The notes under the pieces are model-generated. The model was not told the DNA's origin and ran no database searches. It saw nothing but the letters and a program-made list of their open reading frames with translations. The position numbers were made by a program, and so were the translations under genes. Below, in pieces: positions 1 through 9,976 of a DNA stretch of 64,000 bases. Source of the DNA: a virus (taxonomy: Duplodnaviria; Caudoviricetes). Location: positions 6,184 through 70,183 of IMG/VR virus record IMGVR_UViG_2974709037_000001. One strand, written 5' to 3'. Every line of letters starts with the position of its first letter. Position 1 is the stretch's first letter.

Positions 1-764
1 GTGCTCCTTACGAGGAAACCATTCTGATTGACCCTGCCGATACGGTGCCTGCGTTCATCACGGCTGATCAGCGTATGGGTGAGTCGAACGTGCCTACGGA
101 TTCGCGGCGTCTGGTCGTGGGTTCTGCCGTGGCGGCTGCCCTAGCGAAGGATAAGCAGTTCCGTCATGCCGATTGGTCTGGCGACCAGGCTAACGCGGCT
201 CTGCGTGAGGCCCATGTGGGGCGTCTGGCTGGTATGAACGTGATCCGTTCTAACGCCATTGCGCCGGACAAGGCGTATCTGTGGCACCGTACGGCCTTCA
301 TCCTGGCTTACCGGACTCCGGTTGTGCCTGAGGGTGCTAAGGCTGGCGCTTCGTTCTCGGCTAACGGTGTGGCTCTGCGTTGGTTGGCGGACTACGACTA
401 CAGCCAGTTGGGCGACCGGACCCTGTTGGACGTGTTCACGGGCCGCAAGGTTGTGACCGAGGTCGACGGTTCGTTCGTGCGCGCGGTTGAGTTGCAGCTA
501 CAGGCTTCGGCTATCACGGTTGTGGGCGGGGCGTTCGCTCTGGCTACCACGACGGGCACGAAGCAGCTCAAGGTCCGTGACGACAACGGTACGGACGTGA
601 CGGCTCGCTGCACGTTCGTGTCGGCTACTCCGGCTAAGGCCACGGTTTCTGCCGCTGGTGTCGTGACGGGTGTTGCTGCGGGTACGTCTGACATCACGGC
701 CTCTTACGTTCCGCCTCAGGGTGGGACCGCTAAGACGGCCACGGTGACGGTCACCGTTCCGTAA
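1..764 (+). CDS. Major capsid protein, 5' end outside the window, with C-terminal Ig-like (Big_2) domain
   Basis: Coat-protein-like C-terminal half followed by KATVSAAGVVTGVAAGTSDITA; lies directly upstream of head-tail genes. Confidence 0.8.
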   Translation, partial: APYEETILIDPADTVPAFITADQRMGESNVPTDSRRLVVGSAVAAALAKDKQFRHADWSGDQANAALREAHVGRLAGMNVIRSNAIAPDKAYLWHRTAFILAYRTPVVPEGAKAGASFSANGVALRWLADYDYSQLGDRTLLDVFTGRKVVTEVDGSFVRAVELQLQASAITVVGGAFALATTTGTKQLKVRDDNGTDVTARCTFVSATPAKATVSAAGVVTGVAAGTSDITASYVPPQGGTAKTATVTVTVP

Positions 765-776
765 GCGGGGCTCCAC

Positions 777-1241
777 ATGGCGGGTCTAGCGAGTATCGAC
801 GATCTACAGACCCTCATGTCGACGGTGTTTGAGGACGATGCTCTAGAGCAGGCACAGCTTGTTCTAGACATCGTTTCCAGTTGGGCACGGGTGGTGTCGG
901 GTCAGATGTGGCCCGACGCACCCGCCAACGTTCCTGACGACGTGCGGGCTGTGGTGTTGCAGGCGTCCCGCCGGGAGCTTAAGAACCCTGACCGCGTTAT
1001 CTCGCGGCAGATGGGTCCGTTCAACGTCCAGTATTCCCAGCCGCCGGACGGGTTCTTTTACCCGGCTGAGCTGGCGATCCTCAAGCGCTTCAAGCGTTCT
1101 GGGGGACTGATGACGGTGAGCACTTCTCGCGGCGAAGAAGGACGGCCTTGGGCCGGTAAGACGGCCTATATCCGCTACGGAGACGGTTTGTTCCCGTTCT
1201 GTAGCGACGATGAGGGTTACGGAGACGTGGTGCCCTGGTGA
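777..1241 (+). CDS. Head-to-tail adaptor
   Basis: RELKNPDRVISRQMGPFNVQY motif typical of actinophage adaptors; synteny. Confidence 0.75.
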   Translation: MAGLASIDDLQTLMSTVFEDDALEQAQLVLDIVSSWARVVSGQMWPDAPANVPDDVRAVVLQASRRELKNPDRVISRQMGPFNVQYSQPPDGFFYPAELAILKRFKRSGGLMTVSTSRGEEGRPWAGKTAYIRYGDGLFPFCSDDEGYGDVVPW

Positions 1242-1576
1242 ACGACGAGACTTTGACCGTCTACCGGGGCGCTACCGACAACCGGGGAAACCCGAATAAG
1301 CAGGTCCACGGCACGGTTAAGGGCGTATTCGCCTGGGGGCCGGGGACTAGCACTAACAAGTTTGGACGCGACCGGAATTTCAAGGGTGAGAGTTCGAGCC
1401 TGACTGCGGAGCTGTATGTGAAGCGGGGCGCGGACCTCAAGGCTAGGGACCGGATCGAGCGCGCTAACGGTGAGCAGTATTCCGTTGTTGGGCACGCCTC
1501 GTGGGACCAGGGCCACCCGTTCGACGGGTTCGACTTCGGTTACATGGTGTTCCAGGTAGAGGCGGTGAACGCCTAA
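1238..1576 (+). CDS. Head-to-tail stopper
   Basis: Size, synteny, 4-bp overlap with previous gene. Confidence 0.65.
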   Translation: MNDETLTVYRGATDNRGNPNKQVHGTVKGVFAWGPGTSTNKFGRDRNFKGESSSLTAELYVKRGADLKARDRIERANGEQYSVVGHASWDQGHPFDGFDFGYMVFQVEAVNA

Positions 1577-1995
1577 TGCCCGCTGCGGGTCAAAAGATCG
1601 GGCACCGGCTGACTGACATTCAGGTACCTAAGCCAAATAAGGGCCTGGCCCAATTGCTTTTGAGCGACAACATGGAACTGCTCATGGGCATTATCGGCCA
1701 GGAGGTTGTGCTTAGGTACCGGGCGAAGGTCGCTAAGCAGACCGGGAAGCTGATGCAGACCGCTGACGCTAAGGCGATTATCGGCGGTAAGAAGCATGAC
1801 CGTTGGGTTGCTCATGTGACGGTCGGCGGCGAGGGTGCGGTGTCCTTTTGGGACAGTCCGCGTAACCCCAATCCGGGCGATCTGTTCTATTACGGCGTTC
1901 TCCATGAGTTCGGTGACGGCGGTAATCCACCTTCGGGTTGGGATTTCCCTGCCGCTAAAGACCTGGCTGCCGTAATGGGCGAGCTGTTCAATTAA
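1576..1995 (+). CDS. Neck/structural protein (hypothetical)
   Basis: ATG at 1576 overlaps the upstream stop; synteny. Confidence 0.55.
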   Translation: MPAAGQKIGHRLTDIQVPKPNKGLAQLLLSDNMELLMGIIGQEVVLRYRAKVAKQTGKLMQTADAKAIIGGKKHDRWVAHVTVGGEGAVSFWDSPRNPNPGDLFYYGVLHEFGDGGNPPSGWDFPAAKDLAAVMGELFN

Positions 1996-2007
1996 GGGGG
2001 GCTTCAT

Positions 2008-2511
2008 ATGACGGTCGTTCTTCCCGATTGGTACGAAGAAGCGTTCGTGAATGTCGAGAACCTGTTCATTGACATCTTTACGGATCTTCTACCTGATTAC
2101 GAGTCTGGTTGCTGGGCACCTGACGATTGGTTGGCTGACGAGATTGAGGTTAAGCCGACGATCTGGTTTTTCCGGCTGCCGGGTGGGCGCGTGGACTGGG
2201 ATGGCCGAAAGGACGAATGCCAGCTACAGGTCATGGTGGTCACGGGGAGCCGCGACGATTCATGGCGGCTCATGGATTTTGTACGGGCAATGCTGCTGCC
2301 GATGCAGGGTGACAAGTACAAAATGACGGACGGTTACACCGCGCAGATTCGCTGCGCTGGGGAAGTAGCCGGGCCGCAATTGCTGACCCCTGGGCAGCGT
2401 ATTGATACGCGAGTGGTCACGGCCACCTTCAAGGTTTCCGTATCAATGAAATCCGCTAAGAACTACAAGCAAAAGCTGTATGAGCTTTGGCAGTCTTTGC
2501 GCGGCTCATAA
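2008..2511 (+). CDS. Tail terminator
   Basis: RLPGG...SRDDSWRLMDFVR pattern; precedes major tail gene. Confidence 0.65.
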   Translation: MTVVLPDWYEEAFVNVENLFIDIFTDLLPDYESGCWAPDDWLADEIEVKPTIWFFRLPGGRVDWDGRKDECQLQVMVVTGSRDDSWRLMDFVRAMLLPMQGDKYKMTDGYTAQIRCAGEVAGPQLLTPGQRIDTRVVTATFKVSVSMKSAKNYKQKLYELWQSLRGS

Positions 2512-2974
2512 AGTGGGGTGTTTGGAATGCGGGGGCGTTCCAAACGGCGGTAATCGAGGGCTGTGTAAGAGATGCTACAACAAGCACTACTATGCGGGCA
2601 CCCTGGATTCCGTCGCTTTAGCGCCCCAGTCGAGGCGACGTAAACCTAAACCGTTAGGTCATCGGCGCACTGATCCTGCTTCGGGGTATGTCAATGTCAA
2701 GACTGAGCAGGGTTATGTGCGTGAGCATCGACACGTTATGGAAGCCGCGCTCGGGCGCGAATTACTTCCGAATGAGAATGTCCATCACAAAAACGGTGTT
2801 CGCTCCGACAACCGCCTAGAGAACCTTGAGCTGTGGCTAACGCATCAGCCAAAGGGTAGTCGTGTCGAGGACTTGATCGAATACGTGGTGAACAACCATT
2901 TCGACGCTGTGGTGTGTTCCTTGCATCGCAGAGAAAGACAACTGAATAGAGATGACGGATTTTTACACGATTAA
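2480..2974 (+). CDS. HNH homing endonuclease
   Basis: EHRHVME...ENVHHKNGVRSDNRLENLELW; overlaps both neighbours. Confidence 0.85.
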   Translation: MSFGSLCAAHKVGCLECGGVPNGGNRGLCKRCYNKHYYAGTLDSVALAPQSRRRKPKPLGHRRTDPASGYVNVKTEQGYVREHRHVMEAALGRELLPNENVHHKNGVRSDNRLENLELWLTHQPKGSRVEDLIEYVVNNHFDAVVCSLHRRERQLNRDDGFLHD

Positions 2975-3854
2975 GGATGCGCAGGCTGATCTAGCTATTG
3001 CGCCTCTGAACCTTACCGTGCTTCTGGCTCCGTACAGCACGACTCCTGCCCTAACGCTTGAGTCGCCTACTGACGGGTCTCTGACCATTCCACCTGGCTA
3101 TAAGTCGGTTGGTCATTTCGAGAAGCAGGCGGGTCTTACGCTCGGTAACGAGTTCGACTCGAAGGATATCGAGGCGTACGGAGAGCCTGAGCCTATCCGC
3201 ACGATTATCAACAAGCGGACCACGACGTTCGACTTTGCGATGTACCAGAACCAGCGCAACGTGCTTGAGCTGATCTGGACGCAGGACTTCTCGGACGTTC
3301 AGCCTTCGGAATTCGGTGGCATTGTTCTTGAGGCTCCTAAGGTGCCTAAGAACATCTACTACCGGGCAATTTTGGTCGGTATGGATGACCGGGGCGACCG
3401 GGAAATCTGGATGTACTGGCTGATGCCTAAGGTGAAGCTGGATAAGCTGGATAACCAGACGCTGAACGATGACAACGTTATTGAGTACAAGCCGACTCTT
3501 AAGGCTTTCCGCGATGACGTGGTTGGTTACTCGGTGGCGCAGGGCTTCGCTGGTCCGGGTTGGCGTGACATTGTGGCTACGGCTGGCTTCGGCGAGGCGT
3601 TGACCGCTCTGACGATCACGCCGGGCGCGCCTACGGTCACTGTTGCGTCGGGTGCTACGCACACGGCGCAGCTTTTGGTTGAGGGCGATAACGGCATCAA
3701 CTACACGCCTGACGTGGTGTTCACGTCGAGCGCTCCGGACAAGGCGTCTGTTTCAGCGTCGGGTCTGGTGACCGGTGTTGCGGCGGGTTCCGCGACGATC
3801 ACCGCGACGAAGGGTGCTTTGACGGCTACGGCCACGGTCACTGTCACCGCTTAA
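2952..3854 (+). CDS. Major tail protein with C-terminal Ig-like domain
   Basis: GYKSVGHFEK...GEPEPIR tail-tube pattern; KASVSASGLVTGVAAG Big_2 motif. Confidence 0.85.
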   Translation: MTDFYTIKDAQADLAIAPLNLTVLLAPYSTTPALTLESPTDGSLTIPPGYKSVGHFEKQAGLTLGNEFDSKDIEAYGEPEPIRTIINKRTTTFDFAMYQNQRNVLELIWTQDFSDVQPSEFGGIVLEAPKVPKNIYYRAILVGMDDRGDREIWMYWLMPKVKLDKLDNQTLNDDNVIEYKPTLKAFRDDVVGYSVAQGFAGPGWRDIVATAGFGEALTALTITPGAPTVTVASGATHTAQLLVEGDNGINYTPDVVFTSSAPDKASVSASGLVTGVAAGSATITATKGALTATATVTVTA

Positions 3855-3870
3855 GCGGCTTTGGGGGAAT

Positions 3871-3907
3871 GAGGGGAGCGGGATTAGTCTCGCTCCCCTC
3901 TCCCTTT
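3871..3907 (+). terminator. Hairpin after major tail gene
   Basis: GAGGGGAGCGGGA-ttag-TCTCGCTCCCCTC stem with a weak U tract. Confidence 0.5.
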
Positions 3908-3943
3908 CGTGTCACAAATAATTCCTAAGGGGGAAATATACTT

Positions 3944-4225
3944 ATGGGTGAAGCTGAACTTAGCGAGATGGTTGGTTCGCTGTTTAAGGATCTGATTGAT
4001 TCGGTGCGCGTGCCTGAGCCTCTTGAGGTTGCGCCGGGCTTGGTGGTTCATAACCCGACTAAGAAGGTCGCTAACGCGCTTATGACCGCGAAGTCAGAGG
4101 AAGAAGCTCAGCGGCTTATCTTCGGCGATGACTACGACAAGGCTATGGAGCTGTTCGATCCTCAGCCGGTCCAGGTGTGGAACGCGTTTATGGACAAGTA
4201 CAACGAGCACTTTTTTCGGAAGTAA
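3944..4225 (+). CDS. Tail assembly chaperone (G)
   Basis: Between major tail and tape measure; ends at slippery CTTTTTTC 4210-4217. Confidence 0.8.
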   Translation: MGEAELSEMVGSLFKDLIDSVRVPEPLEVAPGLVVHNPTKKVANALMTAKSEEEAQRLIFGDDYDKAMELFDPQPVQVWNAFMDKYNEHFFRK

Positions 4226-4763
4226 GTCTCAGCAACAAATTGCTTATGTCGCGGATGTAATCAAGCGCTATTGGAAGGCTCTTAACTGGGACTTTCAGCA
4301 TATCTTGAATGTGAATGTGCTTGATTACTTCTCGGCTCCGTGCCGTTGCGGCCAGTGCCGGGAGCGACATGGGGACTTCGCCGTGCGGTATGCGACCCGT
4401 CGTACGTGGGACCAGTTCGTCATCTTTTATGAGGGCCTGCTGGGGTGGCGTGGGTCGTATACGCAAGCCTTGTTCCTTACTGATCCTGAGGTTATCGACG
4501 CTCAGGCTAGAGCCTCTGACGCTGACTGGAAGCCCCAAAAGCCCGGTCTGTGGCAGTGGACTAAGGAAATGGACGCGTTGTATTTCATCGCGGACCAGGT
4601 TCAGGCTAGTCGTATCCGTAATCCGGATGACTTCAAGCCTTTTCCGAGGCCGGTTGTTCCCGCTGAGGCAGAGCGTAAGAAGCGCAAGGAACGAAAGGTT
4701 AATTCGGGGATTGAGGAAGCTTTGGCGCGTGGCGTTAAGGCTGCGGAGTGGAATTACCTATAA
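4212..4763 (+). CDS. Tail assembly chaperone frameshift extension (T part of G-T)
   Basis: Long open frame overlapping the G stop, offset +1/-2. Confidence 0.7.
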   Translation, partial: FFGSKSQQQIAYVADVIKRYWKALNWDFQHILNVNVLDYFSAPCRCGQCRERHGDFAVRYATRRTWDQFVIFYEGLLGWRGSYTQALFLTDPEVIDAQARASDADWKPQKPGLWQWTKEMDALYFIADQVQASRIRNPDDFKPFPRPVVPAEAERKKRKERKVNSGIEEALARGVKAAEWNYL

Positions 4764-4792
4764 CTGAATAACAACTTAATAGAGGGGGCACT

Positions 4793-7700
4793 GTGGCTGA
4801 ATTTGTTGCCGCCCAGGCGTCGGTGCTTATCGTGCCGACGCTTGGGAAGGGTGCCAATAGCTTCCACCAGAAGCTAAAGGAGCAACTACAGACGGTCCGT
4901 GAGTCGGTTGACGTAAAGGTCAAGGCTGATACGGCGGCGATGGTTGCCGAGGTTCAGGCCACCAAGGAAATGCTTGAGCGTGACCCAATCAATATCCGGG
5001 TCGAGACGGACAACAACGGAATCAAGGAACTCGTTAAGAACGTCACCGAGGTTCGGCATAAGTACGAGGACTTGAAGGGTGACTTTCGTCGGGGCCTGAC
5101 GCTGAACCTTAAGGTCGTTGGGCTTAGCGCGCTAACGCAGCTCGGGCCTATGTTGGCTTCACTTAACACGTCGATTGTGCAGTTGTCGCAGTCGTCGCTA
5201 TTGCTGCCCGGCATCATGTCGGGTGTCGCGTCGTCTGTGGGCGCGGCGATGGTTGGTTCTCGCGGCCTTACGGATGCGTTCAAGGCCCAGTCAGACGCGT
5301 CTAAGAACGTTGCGGAGGCTGGTAAGCAGCAGCGGGACGCAAACCGGGCTATCCGGGATTCAACGCGCGATCTGAATAACGCGATCCGTGACACTAAGCG
5401 GAACCTTGAAGATTTGAACGCCCAGCTCCGGGACGCGCCGCTGGACGAAGCGGAAGCCATGCTCAACCTGCAAGAGGCTCAGTATGAGGCTTCGCAGAAG
5501 TTCGGCAAGACGGCTTTCCAGCAGCAGCGTGACGCGCTAGGGCTGGCTAAGGCTGAATCGCAGCTTGCAGAGACTCGACGACGGAACGTCCGGCTCGGCC
5601 AGGACGTAGCCGAGGCAAACGCCAAGGGTGTCAACGGCAGTGACGCGGTTGTTGCTGCGCAGGAGCGGCTAACTAAGGCGCTTGAGGACTTGGCGATGCA
5701 GACGGGTCCGATTCGGGCTCTGAACGACGCTATGGCGAAGCTGTCGCCGAATGCGCGCGACTTTGTTGATCGGGTGAGTTCCCTCAAGGGTGTTTGGGAC
5801 GGACTGCGGTCGACGGTTCAGGACCGGCTATTCGACGGCCTAGGCGCTTCTGTGCAGACTTTGGCAGGGCAGGACTTGCCGATCCTCGAACGTGGCTTGA
5901 CGGGCATTGCAGGGGCCATTAACGGCAACCTCAAGACGGCGATGAGTCAGCTAGCGACTGACGAGAACAAGGGATTCCTTGGGCGCATCTTCGGTAACAC
6001 AGAAGAGGCTCAGAACCGGTTCTCTACGGCGCTCAAGCCGCTACTGGATTCGTTCATTCAGCTTAGCGCTGCCGGGTCGGACTATCTGCCGCGACTATCT
6101 AACGCTTTCGGCGATGTGCTTAACCGGTTCGACGGGTTCATTGAGCGCGCGGACGCGGACGGCTCACTGGACAAGTGGATCAACAACGGACTCGACTCGC
6201 TGACGCAGCTTGGTAACTCGCTGATCAACGTCGGGTCGATTATGAACACGATTTCCGAGGCTTTCACTGGTACGGGCGGTAAGGGTCTTCTGGAACTGTT
6301 GGAGACGGGCACTAAGCGTCTCGCGGATTTCCTTAAGGGTGCCGAGGGGCAGCAGAAGCTTAAGCAGTTCTTCTTGGATGCGCGTACGGAGCTGAATAAC
6401 TGGAAGCCTCTGCTTTCGCAGCTTCCGGGGCTGATTAAGAACGTGGCGACGGCGGGTCAGCAGTGGGCGAACATGGTTATGCCGTTCCTCACGACTGCGG
6501 CCAGCTTGCTTAAGGAACACCCTGGTCTGGTTATGGCGATCTTCTCCGCGTACATGACGTGGCGAACGATTAGCCCGATTATCGGGACGATCAACCTTCT
6601 GTTGAGCTCTGAGACGGGCATGGTCGGTGCGGCTAAGAAGGCCGGGCGGGCTGTCGGTAAGGGTGAGGGCCTGACGGGCAAGCTAGGTGTCCTAGCAAGC
6701 ATGGTCGGTTCCGGCGGTGTCGTGATGACTGGCCTATCTCTGGTGGCCGGGTTCCTCTTGAACGAGTGGGTCACGGCGCAGAATGAAGCGGCTGAGGCCG
6801 TTTCGTATCACGCGTCCATGATCAGCCGTCTTAAGGGCGAGATGGACGGGCTCACGGGCTCGCTGACGACGCAGGGCTTGCAGAACAAGCTTGACGCTGC
6901 GCGGCAGTGGACGGACATTCACCAGACGGACGGCAAGCCTAAGGACTTGGTTGCTGCCGCCAACTCGTTTGGTGTGGACCTGCCTACGTTCATGGGGGCC
7001 TTGACTCCGACGAACCAGGCCGCGCGTAACGCGGTGACCGGCAAGGCTCGTCAGACGGTGTTGGACGACCTGAACAAGCAGGGCTTGGAGACGGTTCTAG
7101 GCAAGGACGCCCTGAACGCGTTGAACCTGTACAACCAGAACGCCGCGCCGGATAAGAAGATCACCAACGATGTTCTGGCGGATATCGCTACGGGTGTTAA
7201 CCCTGAGTCTAAGAAGCTGTTTGAGGACGCTAAGAAGTCGAACCTAATTCACTTCAACGAGTCTGATCTGTTGTACGGCTATAACAAGCCGTGGGGCTTC
7301 ATTCCAGGTACCGATCCTTCTGGTAAGGGTCTGTCTCCGGTTGCGCGCGATGCCGCGAATGTTAGTGGGTTCGTCCTGAACGACACGGGTAACGCGTTGC
7401 AGGTCGGCTCGGATATCCGGTCGACGAATGAGGCGCTTTACGGGAAGGCCACGCTTACTCCGGCTGGTCAGCAGATGTTCGGTCCGTTCGGGTCGCCTCA
7501 GGCGTCCTTTGAGAATGGGTCGCACGACGCGGCGGTGCGGGTGGACACGACGCTACAGAACTTGCCTCCGCAGTTCGTTAAGGACGTTGAGTCCAACGGC
7601 GGGCATTTCGAGGAATTGCCTGATGGCGTGATTATCCACATGCGTAAGGACCGTGCGTCTCAGTATGTGACGCCGGGTGCGTATGCGGGTGGCGGTCTGC

Positions 7701-9886
7701 TTAGCGGGCCGGGCACGGGTCGTAGCGATTCGATGTTGGCGCGTGTGTCGAATGGTGAGTTCATCATTCGGGCTGATTCGGTGGCTAAGTACGGTCGTGA
7801 CTTCTTCTCGATGCTGAACGAAGGTCAGCTACCGAGGTTCGACGGTGGCGGTTTGGTGGACTTGATTCTGCCTGGTGGCGGGTCGAGTGTGCCGCCTCCT
7901 GCGCCTTCGCAGAGCCTTAACCCTGTTGACCTTGCGCGTGGTTTGCCGCGTGGGCCTGCCCAGAGTTCAGCTCCGGCTAATCGGTTCGATGCGCCGACGC
8001 CTCTGGACATGCTGCCTAAGCCGGTCATTCCGATGCCTGACCTTGCTAATCCGGGTCTCTACGATCCGGCGTCGGGCAAGTATGGTGCTGCGCCTGCGTC
8101 AGCGGTTCAGCAGCCGCTTAAGCCTGGTGTCGACGGAGATAAGGGTGAGGCGAGCGGGCCTAATGTGCCGCCGACTGATCCTCGTAGCCCTGGCTACAAG
8201 CAGCCAAATCACGGTTTGGGTGGGTCTCCTGGTCCGGGTAACGGCACTGCTCATTTGACGGGGCCGGGTGGGACTCCGGTTAGTCCTGGGGTTGCTTCGG
8301 CGTTGCCGTCTAACGGCGGTATTCCGGGGTTGACGCCTACGGCTACTGATCCTCTGGGCCTGAGCGGTTTGCCTAAGGAAATTCAGCCGGTGACCATCTT
8401 GGAGCAGATCGGGGAGATTCTGCTTAGCGCGGTTCTGGGGTTCTTCGGGCTTGATCCGACGTACTTCAATGTCGGTAAGCGCATCTTTACGGGCCTTACC
8501 GGAAAGAAGGATGAGCCGACAGAGGCTAACCCTGGGGTTCAGTCAATCTTGGACGGTTACCCTAATCCGCTTGCCAATGGGCAGAACCCGTACGTCGGTA
8601 CGTCGATCTATGACACGGCGTTCGATCCGGCTTCGCAGCGGGCGTCGAATATGGCCGAGCTTATGCGCGGTAAGCCGTACACGTGGGGCGGTTCAACGCT
8701 AGACGGAACTGACTGTTCCGGCCTGGTGATGTACGTCGTCGATGCCTACTCGGGTAAGGAGTTTTCTGGCCGTACCGGCGGAACTGGCGGCTTCGCGTCG
8801 TCGCTTCCAGCTAAGGGCGGTGTGATCATTTCTGATCCGTCGCAAGCGCCTCCGGGCACTCTGCGTGTGGGTTGGAATGCTTCGCATACTGCGGGGACGC
8901 TGCCAGATGGTCGGAACTTTGAGTCGAGCACGTTCGGGAAGCCGATTGCGGTCGGTGCGGGCGCGTCGGGTTACAACGATCCGCAGTTCACGAACTGGGC
9001 CTACTTCCCGGCTCCGGGTTACGCCAATGGCGGGTTCCTGAGTGGGGCTGGTACGGGCCGGTCGGATTCCATGCTGGCTCGGGTCAGTAACGGTGAGTTC
9101 ATCACGCGGGCGTCGAGTGTCGCTAAGTACGGACGCTCACTGTTCGACGCGTTGAACGCCGGGACGATTGATCCGGGCATGTTGCCGGGGTTCGCAGACG
9201 GTACACCGCCGATTCCGGGGCTGCCGGTGCCAGTTCCTCAGACGCCGCAGCAGGCCGGGCCGCTGCCTGATCCAAACGGACAGGACGCGCAGGCCGCGCA
9301 GCAGGTTACCGATACGGCAGCCAATGCGCTTGAGGGTGTGTCCGGTGCGTTGAACGGCGTGAACATGGGCTCTAGTGGGGCTATTCCTGGCGCTGAGGCT
9401 CCGGACGGTGCGCAGCAGGGTAAAGACCCACGGTCGATCCTTGGTGCGGCTCCGACGAATACAGACCACAACAACCCTGCTTTGTCTAAGGGCATTCAGG
9501 GCGCGTTTAGCACTGTTGGCTCTCTGGCGTCTATGGCGGCTTCGGCGGCGATGTCGGCAGGGACGTTCGGTGCGGGCGCGGCGGGTGCGTCTGGCGCGGC
9601 GGGGTCGGGCATTCAGGCAGGCGCGCAGATCGCGGGTCAGGTGGCAACGGGTGCGTTGAACATTCTGTCCAGCTTGCTTGTGGGTTCAGCTCCGGGTTCG
9701 ACGGGGACGACGCAGAGCGCTTACGGCGCTCCGGTGTTGCCTCAGGGGCCTCCGCAGTCAAGCGGTGGTGGACCGGCTGTGGTCAACAACTACGGCGATA
9801 TCCACACGGCTAACTACGACGAGTTCTACAAGGGACAGCAGCGTAGGGAAGCGCAGCAGCAGGCACCAATCCTGCCGCAGCGATAA
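4793..9886 (+). CDS. Tape measure protein with NlpC/P60-like peptidoglycan hydrolase motif
   Basis: 1697 aa, Ala/Gly-rich helical protein; GKPYTWGG...DCSGLV motif. Confidence 0.92.
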   Translation: MAEFVAAQASVLIVPTLGKGANSFHQKLKEQLQTVRESVDVKVKADTAAMVAEVQATKEMLERDPINIRVETDNNGIKELVKNVTEVRHKYEDLKGDFRRGLTLNLKVVGLSALTQLGPMLASLNTSIVQLSQSSLLLPGIMSGVASSVGAAMVGSRGLTDAFKAQSDASKNVAEAGKQQRDANRAIRDSTRDLNNAIRDTKRNLEDLNAQLRDAPLDEAEAMLNLQEAQYEASQKFGKTAFQQQRDALGLAKAESQLAETRRRNVRLGQDVAEANAKGVNGSDAVVAAQERLTKALEDLAMQTGPIRALNDAMAKLSPNARDFVDRVSSLKGVWDGLRSTVQDRLFDGLGASVQTLAGQDLPILERGLTGIAGAINGNLKTAMSQLATDENKGFLGRIFGNTEEAQNRFSTALKPLLDSFIQLSAAGSDYLPRLSNAFGDVLNRFDGFIERADADGSLDKWINNGLDSLTQLGNSLINVGSIMNTISEAFTGTGGKGLLELLETGTKRLADFLKGAEGQQKLKQFFLDARTELNNWKPLLSQLPGLIKNVATAGQQWANMVMPFLTTAASLLKEHPGLVMAIFSAYMTWRTISPIIGTINLLLSSETGMVGAAKKAGRAVGKGEGLTGKLGVLASMVGSGGVVMTGLSLVAGFLLNEWVTAQNEAAEAVSYHASMISRLKGEMDGLTGSLTTQGLQNKLDAARQWTDIHQTDGKPKDLVAAANSFGVDLPTFMGALTPTNQAARNAVTGKARQTVLDDLNKQGLETVLGKDALNALNLYNQNAAPDKKITNDVLADIATGVNPESKKLFEDAKKSNLIHFNESDLLYGYNKPWGFIPGTDPSGKGLSPVARDAANVSGFVLNDTGNALQVGSDIRSTNEALYGKATLTPAGQQMFGPFGSPQASFENGSHDAAVRVDTTLQNLPPQFVKDVESNGGHFEELPDGVIIHMRKDRASQYVTPGAYAGGGLLSGPGTGRSDSMLARVSNGEFIIRADSVAKYGRDFFSMLNEGQLPRFDGGGLVDLILPGGGSSVPPPAPSQSLNPVDLARGLPRGPAQSSAPANRFDAPTPLDMLPKPVIPMPDLANPGLYDPASGKYGAAPASAVQQPLKPGVDGDKGEASGPNVPPTDPRSPGYKQPNHGLGGSPGPGNGTAHLTGPGGTPVSPGVASALPSNGGIPGLTPTATDPLGLSGLPKEIQPVTILEQIGEILLSAVLGFFGLDPTYFNVGKRIFTGLTGKKDEPTEANPGVQSILDGYPNPLANGQNPYVGTSIYDTAFDPASQRASNMAELMRGKPYTWGGSTLDGTDCSGLVMYVVDAYSGKEFSGRTGGTGGFASSLPAKGGVIISDPSQAPPGTLRVGWNASHTAGTLPDGRNFESSTFGKPIAVGAGASGYNDPQFTNWAYFPAPGYANGGFLSGAGTGRSDSMLARVSNGEFITRASSVAKYGRSLFDALNAGTIDPGMLPGFADGTPPIPGLPVPVPQTPQQAGPLPDPNGQDAQAAQQVTDTAANALEGVSGALNGVNMGSSGAIPGAEAPDGAQQGKDPRSILGAAPTNTDHNNPALSKGIQGAFSTVGSLASMAASAAMSAGTFGAGAAGASGAAGSGIQAGAQIAGQVATGALNILSSLLVGSAPGSTGTTQSAYGAPVLPQGPPQSSGGGPAVVNNYGDIHTANYDEFYKGQQRREAQQQAPILPQR

Positions 9887-9976
9887 CTAAATACGGATAA
9901 CGAGGTAAGGCCCGTACGGGGGTGGTGTTAATCCACCTACCGGCGGGCCTTATCCCGTTGGAAAGACAACTGAATA

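Noticed and set aside
4210-4260. Canonical -1 frameshift product
   Set aside because: The -1 frame stops after about 16 codons
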